A stretch of 64,000 nt of DNA from Tricharina praecox (lineage: Eukaryota), in contig NW_026250447.1 of NCBI RefSeq assembly GCF_024521635.1, positions 62,001 through 126,000 on the forward strand. The letters are read 5' to 3'. Positions within the stretch are counted from its first letter, which is position 1; each line of letters opens with the position of its first letter. Positions 1 to 12,805 of this stretch are shown here, piece after piece. The position numbers and the translations under genes are program-made. The notes beneath the pieces are model-generated. The model saw only the letters and a program-made list of their open reading frames with translations. It did not search any database and was not told the origin of the DNA.

Positions 1-1437
1 TCGCGTAACTACGAAGCCGAATTCCTTCGTCTTTGCGAAGCGCGGGGGTGGCCACTCGGCAGTAGGCAGGGAAACTCGGCGCTGCGCGACTTTCGCGCGG
101 CGCAGGTGCGAGCATTCGGCGGTGCGACGGTGACAGCGGCGACTCAGACGCAGCGGGTGGTTCCCGACGCTGCTGCTCCCGCTCCTACCGCCGCTCCTGC
201 CGCCGCACCTACCCGCGCACCTGCTGGCGCTGCTGCCCACGCTTCCGCGCCCGCTGCCACTGCCACTCTCGCTCCCAGAACGGCACTCAGCCAGCCAGTC
301 GAAGAATTCTTCGCCTCCCACGGGATCGTGCTCAATCACGACAGTAACTACAAAGGGGAGTTCCGCCGTCTTTGCGAAGCGCGTGGGTGGCCTCTCGGCG
401 GCAGCCAAGCGACCGTTGCGAGGCGAGACCTCCGTGCGGCGCAAGTGCGAGCAATCGACAGTGCGACAGTGACAGCGGTGACCCGGGCGCGGCGGGTGGT
501 TCCCGCCGCCGCCGCTGTTGCCGCCACTCCTGCCCCCGCTGATGCTCGCGCTCCCGCCGCCGCCGCCACCCGCGTAACAGCACTCGGCCGCCCCGTCGAA
601 GAGTTCTTCGCCACGCACGCCTTCGTGCTCGATCACTCGCGCAACTACGAAGCGGAGTTCCTCCGTCTCTGCCGCGAGCGCGGATGGGATCTCGCCAGCA
701 GCCAGGCGACCGCGGCTCGGCGCGACTTCCGCGCGGCGCAGGTGCGCGCATTCGGCGGCGCCACGGTGACAGCGGCCGCGAAGACGCGGCGAGTGGCGGT
801 CGAACACGCAATACGCGGGTTCTTCGGTAGGTTTAGGGACTTCCAGTTTAATCCGCAGGCACACCACCGCAACGAGTTTGAGCGGCTGTGTGTGCTGCGC
901 GGGTGGAGCCGTGAATACGGTGCGGGACTTGGCGCATACAGGAGGCTGCAGGCAGCGGAGATCGCCGAATTCGAGGTACAGTTCGGAACTGATCCTAATG
1001 AACCTGAGGCTTGGAGACGGCTCTGCGAGACCGCGGGGATCACGCCGATTCCAAGGACGCTGGATGAGAGGCGGCAGGTATGTAGGATTTCGCTATCGAT
1101 CGGATCTTGCTGACTTCAGAATGTAAAGAAAATCCTGGGGTCGCACATCAACCTGGTCGATATGCTGGACGCTCGGCTGCGGAATGGAAGAGCCAGAATC
1201 TACGATACAGAGAAGGAGTTGGCAGACTATACAAACCGAACTGGAAAGTACATCCGCAAGTCACTAGCATACAACAGTGGCCTCTTAATGTATCTGTTGC
1301 GGGAGATACTCGAAGATAGCCATGGCGATGAGGAGCCGGATGAGCATAAGTACTATGGGGCTAGACCTGGCGGTGTGGGAAGCAAGAGGGGCGAGGGAAC
1401 GGTCCGGGTGCATCCACAGAAACGGCGAAATTTGTGA
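1..1437 (+). CDS. Uncharacterised fungal protein (FGTD..WxxLC..HINLVD..LLREI family) with a tandemly repeated ~55-aa subdomain; 5'-truncated by the window edge
   Basis: Frame 1 is open from base 1 (SRNYEAEFLRLCEARGW...). An intron starts at 1078 (GTATGT, branch CTGAC 1110); either acceptor (CAG 1119 or AAG 1128) joins in frame to KILGSHINLVDMLD...GLLMYLLREI, stop at 1437. Paralogous to the next gene. Confidence 0.85.
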
Positions 1438-1699
1438 GATGAGGAAGAGGGATAGAGGACGATAGCTGGTGCCCTAGTGTGTGTATGTACTCATTGCATG
1501 AAGTTTTATGGGTTCCTATCATGATGCCCGCACTATGCGATACGCCCATTGACCGCATGGGGAGGATCTATCACAGTAGTGACGAGTGGCAGAGAGAAGA
1601 TTAAGAACAGCAGGCTCCTTATGAGCCCAACCGTGAGCTGTCTGCCTGCACCTGTCACTGTAGAACGTCATCCGCTTCCTACTACCTATTATGTAGGTA

Positions 1700-2010
1700 T
1701 GTAGAGGGATGTCGAACCAACCAGCCCTGGGTCGATACGCCCGCCGCGTTGCTGCTGCACCGGCGTGGTTATGATCGGAATCAACATTTTCCCTGTACGG
1801 AAAAAACCCCGCGTGGCCTAACGGTCACGCACCCGGCGGAGTTAGCATTGACAGCGGTCCATCTATCGGGTTTCCAAGCCACCCACCGCGGGTGGTGAGG
1901 GTTTTTGGTTCAAGCCACGGTTCAAACTTCAGTTTTTGTTTTTGCTTAGTCGGCAATTGCTTGCCACCAGGGTAGATCATGGAAATGTAACGCCACCGTC
2001 CGGCACGGTT
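1700..2010 (-). mobile_element. Degenerate dispersed repeat: LINE-like 3' end (family A, ~1930-2010) joined to shared downstream segment C
   Basis: The reverse complement matches 37660-37866 (gaaccgtggcttgaaccaaaaa..tcaccacc), 44150-44560 (gggtagcttggaaacc, aggccacgcggggttttttt) and 50281-50450. Confidence 0.65.
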
Positions 2011-2493
2011 CATAACTTCATGATTTTATCACTCGCCGCGTGAGATCGCGTGAGCCCTCCCCGTGTCCGGATAGGATCATCCAGAGTTCAACCTTCCCGA
2101 ATCCCAACTACGGAATCAAGAACTCGCCATGACCGTAGTTCTTGCGAGCAATGAGCTTCGTCTATGTTCTACCTCAGTTGCGTGATACATCTAGCAAGTC
2201 GTTGGATCTTTGCAGGTCTGCACTGCACCACGCCGCCGCAGCACTGAGCAGAGTCTCGTATGCCGTTCGGGGTGCGGATATCAGAACGGTATCATGTTAC
2301 ATGAGTGATGACCGGCGAGAACTTCGTCCCAAACCGTCACCCACCCCGGCGCCCATCGCCATGCAAAACCCGCGAGTGGCTGCAAAAAGTAGAAACTTGA
2401 AATTGGGTGGCAAGGAAAAGGAAAAGAAAAAAAGAGGGGATTCTGGTTCCTCGCGTACCTACGCTTCAACTCTGCACAACATACATTGACAGT

Positions 2494-3778
2494 ATGAGCA
2501 TCGCCAGTGACTTCGCTCACTCCCGCAGTGACCCGCCGCCGGTTCAAAATGCCAGACACCACCGATGCCCCGTCTGCAATATCGGCTTCAAGAAGCCGCA
2601 ACATCTCATGCAGCACCAGGGGGACAAAGAGCACACGCTGCCAGCGAACAATAGCTCCACAGCCGCGACCGCTCCTCCTCCGGCTCCTCACGTACCAGGT
2701 GAGGTTGTAGCGGAAGCTTCAACCCAGCCTCAAGCTGCAACGGCAGCAACCAACTCCTCGTACTGTACCGTTTGCGCCAGACAGTTCACCACCGTGACAG
2801 GTCTGCAGCAGCACCAGTCCTCGAATAGCCACATCACACGCGCGCGGCAGACAGCAGGAGGGGGCGCACCCGGCCCCGCCGGCGGTCCTAGCACAACCAC
2901 CATCCTCAGCGCGGACCTCGGTCCAGTGGAACAGTTCTTCGCCTCCTACGCCTTCGCGCTCGATCCCAGCGCGAACTACGAAGCCGAATTCCAGCGGCTT
3001 TGCGTCGCGCGGGAGTGGGCACAGGGGGGCAACCAGATGTCCGCCGCTCGCAAGGCCTTGAAGTTGGCGCAGGTGAAAGCGTTCGGCAGTGGGCGTGTGA
3101 GCGCGGTGGCCCGTCAGCGGGGTGAAGCGGTAAGGGACGCGATCCGAAAGTTCTTTGAGGGCTACGCGGAGCAAGGGTTCGTGTACAATCCTGATGCGCA
3201 TCACCGCGATGAGTTCAAGCGGCTTTGTCGGCATCAGGGGTGGGTCTGGGATGAGTCGTGGGATGAGGAGCGGCGTAACGAGGTGAAGAGACTGCGTGAC
3301 GAGGCGAAGAGACGGTTTAACGAGGCGGAGGTGATCGATTTTGGCGACCTGTTCGGAACTGACCCGAATGATCCCGAGGCGTGGAGGAAGTTGTGCGAGA
3401 CGGCGGGGATAGTGCCGATTCCCGCGACACTCGAGTTACGGCGTAAGGTACGTCCACCCGCTTTGCATGTGTGGCTGCGAGGGATAACTTACTGACAGCG
3501 CACAGGCCGTGCTGGACCTGCACAACAACATGGTGGATATGCATGACGCCCACAGGAGAACCGGTATTGAGGCCCGCACGTTTCCGACGGAGGAAGGGCT
3601 GGCGGAGTGCACGATGGAGAAGAAGCGGTTCTTTCCATTGCGCCTAGCGTAAGGCAGTGGCCTCTTGCGTTATCTGTTGCGTGAAATACGCCAGGATTAC
3701 TTTGGCGACGTGTCTGGCGGTGCTGGTAGCCTGAGGGGCGTGGGTAAGATCCGTATGAATCCGCGCAGACGTAGATAG
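2494..3778 (+). pseudogene. Paralog of the previous gene with two N-terminal C2H2 zinc fingers; in-frame TAA at 3650-3652 (pseudogene or truncated allele)
   Basis: ATG 2494; fingers CPVC..HQGDKEH and CTVC..HQSSNSH; FGTDPNDPEAWRKLCETAGI. Intron 3448-3505 is at the same position as in the paralog. Exon 2 reads ...FFPLRLA*GSGLLRYLLREI... to TAG 3778, versus SLAYNSGLLMYLLREI in the paralog. Confidence 0.75.
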
Positions 3779-5322
3779 AGTACGGATAAGGTGGTGGATT
3801 CTCGGCCGTCTGTAAGAATCGGAAATATTCTTACCTATGCTCACCCTTCGCGAGATGCCCATCATCCCGGATCCGTGAGTGAGCTGCGGGAAGTAACGGC
3901 ACTGCCGCCGACATTACCGGTAGATAATGAGAGACCTCCGATGGGTACGGGCAACTGGGGTGACCAATTGAAATGACTTGAAACCGACAAGAAAGAAAAG
4001 CAGCCTGTGTTCTTCAGGCCGAGCAACGTCGAAGTATCTCCGCGATTTCGAACTAATAATGAGTGATAGTGGTGATAAGGTTGATGTATTGTGTATTGAC
4101 CGGCCAAACGAACATAAAAGTAGCCGCAGAGGACATCTCAAATTTGAGGCGACCGAACCGGGTCTGGCCCCTCCGAGTCCCACAATAGGCGCCTATCATG
4201 ACAGAATTCAGCAAGACAGTTGTGACGTAATCCCAGAAGGAAGACGGCGGAAATGAAAGATGAAGAAGTCGGGTTGTATTGAGAGACCCAAAAAACGAGT
4301 GATGGTTCAAACCTTGATCATTTCCAAAAAAAACGTAAAGGTAGCGATGATGAAAACAGAAGAAAGCAAGGCGAGCGAAGCTGCTTAAATAGTAACAGCG
4401 AGGAAAAAAGAACGTTTGAAGCACCGCATCAGGTCGTCCAGCAACAACATCAATAACCACCTCTGCAACAGCTGGTGTCGACATGTCCTGCCAAAGTCTG
4501 GCCTCAAATCGATAAGTCTCACTCGGGTCCCGCAATTTTCTGCTCAAACCGACCCGGTCCTCCGTTCCCGGAAAGCTGGTCTCACCCAGGTCCTGCAAAA
4601 TCACACTCTTCTCTGCAAATATCTCAGTCGGATTCTTATATGGCTCCTCTCCGCTGCCTCCAACGTTTGGCGTCACTCGATCCGGCTAATCCAGCTGACG
4701 CATCACTCGGATCCTCCGATCCGACTAGCCCATCCTTCTTCTATCTTATCAGATCCTCCATCCAATGTATCCTCTCAGCTCTCATGGTTGTGGCAGACAA
4801 TAAATACGCGACTATCATGCCGTATTTTCCGAGACAATAGACGACTGTCATACCGTAATTCAGCCAGACAATACGGTAGTTAGGCGACTGTCATGCCGGA
4901 ATCCACAAATGCGCCCCCAATTATGAATCACATGCGAGTCCGACCGCTTACCTAGCCGGGACCACAGGGTGGCTCGATTGCAGTCTATGTACCTGGTCTC
5001 CGGAGCACTCTACATTACAGCCCCCCAGAGTCCCCAGAGTTCCAGTCCCCAGAGTTGCAGACCCCAGATTTTCCATCCTCCGGTTTTTGTACTAAAGTAC
5101 TGTCTCACACTGCACTCTATCTGCCCGGACCACCGAGCTCCTGAATGAAGGTAGACTTGTAAGTTAAGCCGCGGCCTCTCGACTCGCTCGCTTGTCACGA
5201 CTCAACACGATGCATGTGCACAGGTACTGTGGGTATGTAGAGTACTGAGGGGCGCGGAGGCAGAGGCGACTTGGAAGTTGGGAAGCGGGGAGCCCCGAAG
5301 AAGCGGGATTTGTCGGGACCTG

Positions 5323-5550
5323 GGTGAGACCAGCTGTTGGAGGAGTGAGGTCTTGTCGGGTCCTGGCGAGACCAGCCGTCGGGGGAGTGAGGTCTTGTCG
5401 GGACATGGTGAGACCAGCCGTCGGGGGAGTGAGGTCTTGTCGGGTCCTGGTGAGACCAGCCGCCAGGGGAGTGAGGTCTTGTCGGGACATGGTGAGACCA
5501 GCTCTTGGAGGAGTGAGAACTCGTCAGGACCTGGTGAGACCAGCTGTGAT
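5323..5550. repeat. 42-bp tandem minisatellite, ~5.5 copies
   Basis: Units GG(T/C)GAGACCAGC...GGAGTGAGGTCTTGTCGGG start at 5323, 5365, 5407, 5449, 5491 and 5533. Confidence 0.95.
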
Positions 5551-7873
5551 GGGAGTGATGCCGTACGATGGAGAAGATGCCAAGTGCTTCCGAGGGGAGA
5601 ACAATGCAAAGACAACCCGATGCGGTCGCTCAACGTTTAACTGATTCTGCTGTCACTATTTCTGTTCGTCCTGCTCGGCTCGCCTTTTTTTCTTTTCATC
5701 ATCATCATCACCGCCGGCCGAGACCTCTACTCTAGTCCAATTGATCTCGTTTTTGTTCCTCAGCCGTTTTTGGGTGTCTCAGTACTCCACCAGACTCATC
5801 GTGGGGATTGCGGAGAAGCGGAGAAACCAGGCCCGGCGAACTGTGAACTGTGGACTGGGGACGGTGAACTGGGGACTGGGGACGGCGAACTCGGGATGGT
5901 GGGTTGCTCAAGGGCCAGGGACTTCCACCCGGCACAATCAAGGCGAATGTACGCACGATACACAGGTCTGTAATACAGTCTACATACCGGTAGCGTTGTC
6001 ACTTACTTACCTATCGCCTCAGCAGCAGCTATCCTCTCCTGAGTCCTCGCCCCCATCAGCTAATTATGTTCTCCTCGCCCCCCATCAGCAGCTATCCTCC
6101 GCGATACGCCCCGATAAAAACCCGGAGAGAATGCCGCGCCCACGATGTTGAAACCCTCTCGTATGTACTCACCAAATGTACCTATGTTATTATGTATGTA
6201 CCTGTCCGTTTCACCGCGATCGCACGATCTAGACCGTTCAAGTTCCTTCTCGACGCACGCACGTACGATTCGTTGCCCGCCACCCATCGAATAAGCAAAA
6301 TACCTACAGGCTACATACCCCGCATACCCCTGAGTATCTCTTCCGCTCCCCCTACCAATACCCCACCCTCCGACGCCCGACGCTCCGACACCCGCTGCCG
6401 GCCATGCTCCGCGTCAACGTTACCCCGATAAGCGAGGCCGCAACGGATTAACTATTCGCCTAGAGTGTGGGGAATTGTATGTACCGAGCATGCCTGTGCA
6501 TAGGATGATGGATGATGGATCCTCCGAGCGCGGTGTATATGTACAAACGAATTCTCCGAGCTCAAACACTGATCGTCGACGGCGACATCGCACGATGCTG
6601 CCACCTACGAGACACATGTTACCATGTATGTACACAGGCATCGCCGTCTAACCCTCCGCAGCCCCTCGGGCTCGTGTTCACCGCGACACACGACGCGAAA
6701 AGAATCTGCCGGTGGGGCTGTACGCCAAGGTCGGCACACCTCGGCGCCCCCACGACCGCTGGAAGAATTATTCGCCTTTTTTTCCTTTCTTTTTTTCGCA
6801 CAGATGGCCGGCCGGTCGCACACACACATTCACACGCACGCACACGCACGGAGGAAAGGACGAGGACGTGGACGGGGAGGGGAGCACACGATCGGATAGA
6901 ACGCGCAAGATACCATATCGTAGGTACCACACCACATCAACAGGTGCGAGGAGCTGGGAGGTGGAACTTCGTTCTGCAGACCCGACCGAAGCTCGAACGG
7001 ACGGACGCGCGCGACACACAAATGCCTCACTCAGGGCAGATACGAACTCCGCAGTCCAATCGAGACGGCAGCTGCAGCCAGCTAAGAAGGAGGGAGGGGA
7101 AGAAGGAGGGAGGGAGGGAGGGAAAGAAAAGAAAAGAAGAAAACGAAAACCGACGCCCGAACCGGCGCCCACGCTACATACGCTACGCCGTGTGGAGAAA
7201 GGTGAAGCGTGAAGCGTGAAGCTTTGGAAAGTCTTGGACGGCCAGTCGGTCGGACGACGGAGGCACAGAGGCTTGGACGACGTCATTAGAACCAACTAAG
7301 TAACCTAAGCCTTTGGTGCCGAAGAAGATCATCGCTCGAACCCACAGTTGCACATCCCCAGCCACCCGGAAAAATGCCCGTCGGAAAAACCTTCTGCCGA
7401 ACAACGCCCCTGCCGCAAAGCTTGTTTCCCCACGATACCGCTCGGTTGTCGGCGAACCCACCCTCTGTGCGGAGTGCAGTCTGGAGTCACTATGTACCGA
7501 ATGTATATTCATAGTTACATACATACATCCAGCACGCAGGGCGACACGTTGGGGGAAGGTGAAGTCCACGACTGCTGTCAAACGCGACGAAACGTCGAGG
7601 GGGCAAGGCATGGTTCCCCCGTCCCTTTTTTTCGCGTTCCCTTACGAACCGCTGACCAAGTCGGTCATCGCGCCGGATTTGGGGGTAAATTATGCTTACC
7701 ATGGACCCACCTGGCATCTCCTGCCCTGCTTTACCGGTTCCCCGACTGAGAAGGAAGCTTGTCTGGTTCGGTTGCTCCGTAACGATGCCAAGCGCGAGGC
7801 GCGGGTGGGGAAGAGGAGGGGACGAGGGGACGAAGGGACGAGGGGACTAGGGGAGGAGAGACGGACGCTGCTC

Positions 7874-7944
7874 AAAGTTCCGACCCTGCAAGTTGAGGGT
7901 GCACCATGTCTGTATGTACTATGAATTTGCAGGGTCGGAACTTT
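7874..7944. repeat. Perfect 18-bp inverted repeat (hairpin / micro-MITE)
   Basis: AAAGTTCCGACCCTGCAA ... TTGCAGGGTCGGAACTTT with a 35-nt spacer. Confidence 0.85.
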
Positions 7945-8994
7945 ACCTAGCACACTTGGGGCGGCCGAAGGGCGACATCGGTGGCATGACATGTTCTGTC
8001 TGGTCGCGTCAGGAAAGGCAACTATATACTCCACATACCTACCTTCGTACGTGCTTGTGAACGACACGAGCACAACTAAAACACTTCCGCCGCCTTCGCC
8101 TTCGGGGCACCTCGTCGGTGGTGTGGGAAATAAGGAACAAAATTCCCTCGGGAGGTTGGTTGGGGGGTCGGGGAGAGATGTAGAAATCCGCAGATGATCG
8201 TCGGTTACAAGTTCGGTAACTCGGTAACTTCCACCCACACACACCAGACCAGCCAGGCAGGCAGGGGCGGGCGCGCGGGCGTCGACGATCATCTTGTGAG
8301 AGGAGTGAGTTCGGATTACTGCAAGCGGAGGAGTATCATCATCACGTTTCGTTTATCCAGTGGGTGTGCACGTCATAGGCGTACATGCGAGTCCACCTTC
8401 CCGCATGGGCTGCTTTGCAAGAGCTTGGCAACGGGGTGATGGGGGGATCGACAATCGACTGCCCTCTTGGAGTGGATGATCAACCCCCCAACCCAACCCC
8501 CGGTGAGAAGGGAGTGAGAAAACACGAGACACATAGCACAGCACAGCACACAGCACGGCACAGCAGAATGAATGCATGTGAGATCCCGGCGGCGCGAGGC
8601 CGGACGTGAGGGTGGGTGGGTGGGTGTGTAGGTAGGGGGGGAACGCTGGTAGTGAGTAGTAAGTAGGGGGAGAGCCGGGTGGAGAACGGGTGGAGAGCAG
8701 GAGAGGGGGGATGGGATGGCGGGTTTCGGCATCGCGGACGGGAAACGGGAGTGGAGAATACTACCTACCTAGGTAGCCACGAGTTTTCCGAGGACACCCA
8801 TTTCGCCAGACAGAGGTAATTGGACGCTGCTGCACGCGCGCACCGACGACGCACCGACGCACCGACGCAACGTCAAAGTTCATGTGCATCCGTGTATGCT
8901 GCGTGGGGATTTTCCGGGGCTACATACCTTTAGCCCAATCCATCACACGTGAAATCGCATGAACGGAGAATCCGGACGTCGGGTCTAGTGTTAC

Positions 8995-9036
8995 CGACCG
9001 ACTGACTGACCGACTGACTGGCTGACTGACTGACTG
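8995..9036. repeat. (GACT/GACC)n tetranucleotide microsatellite
   Basis: ccgaccgactgactgaccgactgactggctgactgactgactg. Confidence 0.8.
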
Positions 9037-9210
9037 CCGGCGATGGATGCGTGTAGTGGGTCACACACCGTAGCTGTCGGCGCCCACGCATCGAATCGAA
9101 TCAATCGATAGCGCATGGGAATGCGCATGGGTATATGTTCCGCGCATGGAGCGTGCTGCGTGTGTGCGAGACGCTGATCTTTGCCCGAGGTTGGTGGTTT
9201 GCTGGGTGGT

Positions 9211-9218
9211 TATAAAGG
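9211..9218 (+). promoter_or_regulatory. Probable TATA box of the sugar transporter gene
   Basis: TATAAAGG about 190 nt upstream of ATG 9399, followed by a CT-rich tract. Confidence 0.45.
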
Positions 9219-9398
9219 TATTCCGTGCCCCACGTTGTTCCCCTCTCTGTCTGTCCGTTCGAAGAAGAAGAAGACGAAGAAGACGAAAAGGAAGAAAAAG
9301 ACCGTTGACTATCACCTACAGCCGCGGATCCATACGGGATAGCCACATCCTCCACGACACAAGAGACACTTCGACTTCACGACAGACGGTCAATCGAT

Positions 9399-11238
9399 AT
9401 GCAGCCTCACTTGGGGCTTCGGGGGAAGAAGCTCGGCTTCTTCCTGTCCACGATATGCACCACTGGTATGGTTTCACCGACTGGACTATCGGCTGGGCAG
9501 TTGGGCTATTCGGAAGCTGACAAGTCTCGCAGGATTTTTACTGTTCGGATACGACCAGGGAGTCATGTCCGGCCTGATCACGGCGCCGGAGTTCAACAAG
9601 ACGATACCGGAAACTTGTAATTACCCCCCCTCGTTCTCGGTTGCGTGTTCGTTCGCGGCAACTGACGAGTCGGTGTGTTTGCGCAGATGGCGACTCGACT
9701 ATGCAGGGCTTGGTCACGGCCATCTACGAAGTCGGGTGTCTGGCTGGTGCGGTGCTCGTGCTGTTTATCGGAGAGAAGATTGGTCGCAAGAGATCAATCA
9801 TCACTGGCGCGGCTATCATGGTTCTCGGTGTTCTCATTCAGGCGTTGACGTTTGAAGGGCATGCTCCGCTGGTAAGGCGATTCCCTCCCCTGTCCGTGTG
9901 GACACAAGTAGGCTTACACAGAAGAACAGGCACAATTCATCATCGGTAGAATCGTTATGGGAGTGGGCAACGGAATGAACACGTCGAGTATTCCGGCATA
10001 CCAGGCCGAGACGGCGCAGTCCAAGAACCGTGGAATTCTGATCTGTATCCAAGGAGGATCGATCGCGTTCGGAACGCTGATCTCCTACTGGTGAGACATC
10101 CTCTCGTCCGACAGTGTCATACACACAGAAACTGATGGCTCGCAGGCTGAACTACGGAGTCTCCTTCACTGGCACGGACATGGTCTGGCGATTCCCGATC
10201 GCCTTCCAGCTGGTGTTTGCCGTCATCATCATCGGCGGCATGCTGGTGCTCCCCGAGTCTCCCCGATGGCTCCTCGCTCGCGACCGCGACGCAGAAGGAA
10301 CCGCCGTCATCTCGGCGCTCCACGACCAGCCCATCGACTCGCAGGTGGTCCTGCTCGAGAAGCGCATCATCATGGACTCGCTCCTGGCCGCCGGACAGAT
10401 CGGCGTAAAGCCGAAGATGTCCGACATGCTGACCAACGGCAAGACGCAGCATCTGCGCCGCGTCATCCTCGGAGCGTCATCGCAGATCATGCAGCAGATT
10501 GGTGGCTGCAATGCCGTTATCTACTACTTCCCCATCTTGATGCAGCAGTCGCTCGGCCAGACCCGCCAGATGTCGCTGATTCTCGGCGGTGTCAACATGA
10601 TCGTCTACAGTATCTTTGCTACCTTCTCCTGGTTCGTCATCGAGAAGATGGGACGTCGTAAGCTCTTCCTCGCTGGTACCATCGGACAGATGGTCAGCAT
10701 GACCATCACCTTCTCCTGCCTGATCCCGGGCACTCCCGAAGCGGCCAAGGGCGCCGCCGTCGGACTATTCCTGTACATCGCATCCTTCGGCGCCACCTGG
10801 CTACCACTCCCATGGCTCTACCCCGCCGAGATCAACCCGCTTCGCACGCGCGGCAAGGCGAACGCCGTGAGCACGATCAACAACTGGCTGTTCAACTTCG
10901 CGGTGGTGATGGTAACACCCATCATGATCGACAAGATCGGCTGGGGGACATACCTCGTGTTCGCAAGCCTCAACGCCTCGTTCCTGCCGTTCATCTACTT
11001 CTTCTACCCGGAGACGAAGAACCGCTCGCTCGAGGAGCTGGACATCGTCTTTGCCAAGGGCTACACTGAGGGAATCTCCTACGTCAAGGCATCCAAGGAA
11101 CTGCCAATCCTCACGCAGGCACAGATCGAGGAGTACGCGGTACAGTACGGTCTCGTCAGCGATGCGGACGATGTTGGCGAGAAGACCGGCCTCGGGTTCG
11201 GTACGCCGGAAGAGCGCGTCGAGAATGTGAGGCAGTAG
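9399..11238 (+). CDS. MFS sugar porter, STL1-like (glycerol/sugar:H+ symporter), multi-exon
   Basis: Spliced exons give GFLLFGYDQGVMSGL, KIGRKR, PESPRWL, QQIGGCNAVIYY, MGRRKL, PWLYPAEI and PETKNRSLEELD (sugar-porter signatures). Introns at 9466-9532, 9617-9686, from 9872, and near 10091. Confidence 0.93.
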
Positions 11239-12805
11239 ATACTGGATAGAGCGCGCGCGCGTGCGGTATAGTGATGGATCATGATTTTTCTTTGTTTCTG
11301 GTGAGGACGGGGCGGGGCCTAGGGTGTGGGGTGTGCGCGGGTGAGGTTGTACATAATAGTAGACTACCTTGAGTAGACGAAGACGGGGACGATGAATCCT
11401 ATGAAATAAAAAACTTGAGTGCTCCTCCAATTTTACACATGTATCGATTTCGTGGGGTGGAGTGAAACACGTGAACGTACCACCGTATGATGGAAACAGA
11501 TGGAAACCGCTCATTGCGACCCAGCTATGGCTATGATGACGCAAATGAAGAACACATCCACCGCCGCGGGTGATATCCCGTGATGTCGCGTGCTGCTACT
11601 CTACAGTAGGTGCCAGTACCTCAGACTCCTCGTAGGTAGTCGGAGCGGAGCGGTGGTAGTCGGAACACGCAGCGTGGCTCTGAAAACACCAGCCCGCCCC
11701 GCCCCGCCAGAAGCCCTACGCCAGAAGCCAGAAGCCAGAAGCCCAAAGCCAGAAACTAGAAGCCAAAAACGCATAACGCAGACACAATCTGACGGATGGG
11801 TGCGCAAACCTCGACGGGGCACGAACGCCGCACGCCACATGATGCTCAATGCACGATGCACGCTGCACTCCGCATTCCGAGTAGAGTACATACACACAAA
11901 GAAAGTACATATGTTCTATGCCAATGGGCAGAGCTAGCCATCATACATATCCTCATGTACGGTATGCCAGCACCCCACCGGCGACAGCACGACCGCGTCT
12001 GTACTACCATAGCAGCCGCGGCGGCAGTCACGCTTCTTGCGCGGACGTGCAAGCCCTCCTCTCTGCAATGCCGATGCCCCGCTGCCCCGCTGGCTGGAAA
12101 CCTTTGTCGCAGCCACGCTCTGAGGTTCACAACGTATCACTCGCGCATGCTTTGCATCGACGGGATTTTCGGCTACATCGGTCTGCCTCTATAGTAGACT
12201 TGCTTTCCTCCACTGCTGTGCGCAGGCTGATACCAAGGGCTGATGGGGAAGATGCAAGAAGGTGGGGTGTCCTAGTGGGAGTGAGAGCTGGGGGAGCCGG
12301 AAGAGCGGAAGAGATGGAAGAGAGGGAAGAGAGGGAAGAGAGGGAGGTTCTGCGGCGGCTCTAGGCTCGAGGGAAAAATTATAAGCATAATTGTGGCATT
12401 CACTTATCATCGGGTTGGTTGCCGCTATGCATTCTGTGGGTGATCCGGCATACTAATATCTATTTCCTGCTTCACTTCCCTGGGGAGGCGTCGTCTACCT
12501 GCTACACAGTATCTCACTCCGAACGATGAGCACACGGAGCCTCGCCAGCCACGGCAGCCCTTTTCCGAGTATTTTCGAGACAAGACGATACGGGCTGCGA
12601 GTAAGTCGTGAAAGTAGCGAGGTATTGAAAACCCACAGAAACAAAAATTCAGACAATAAAATACACACAAAAACTCATGCAACACGCAACAAAAACCATG
12701 AAACCCATAAACAATCCTTTTCGGTATCCTTTTCGTCCTGTTTCTTGGGCTCACATTATTTCCATAAGCTGAGATTTTCATCTAGGCCCGCCGTCCGTGT
12801 GCCTT

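Noticed and set aside
5323..5550. 42-bp repeats as a CRISPR array
   Set aside because: Contiguous tandem units without unique spacers, eukaryotic context, and no cas genes.
6400..8750. Numerous 100-235 aa ORFs upstream of the sugar transporter
   Set aside because: Low-complexity, overlapping in many frames, with no recognisable motifs or coherent splice structure.
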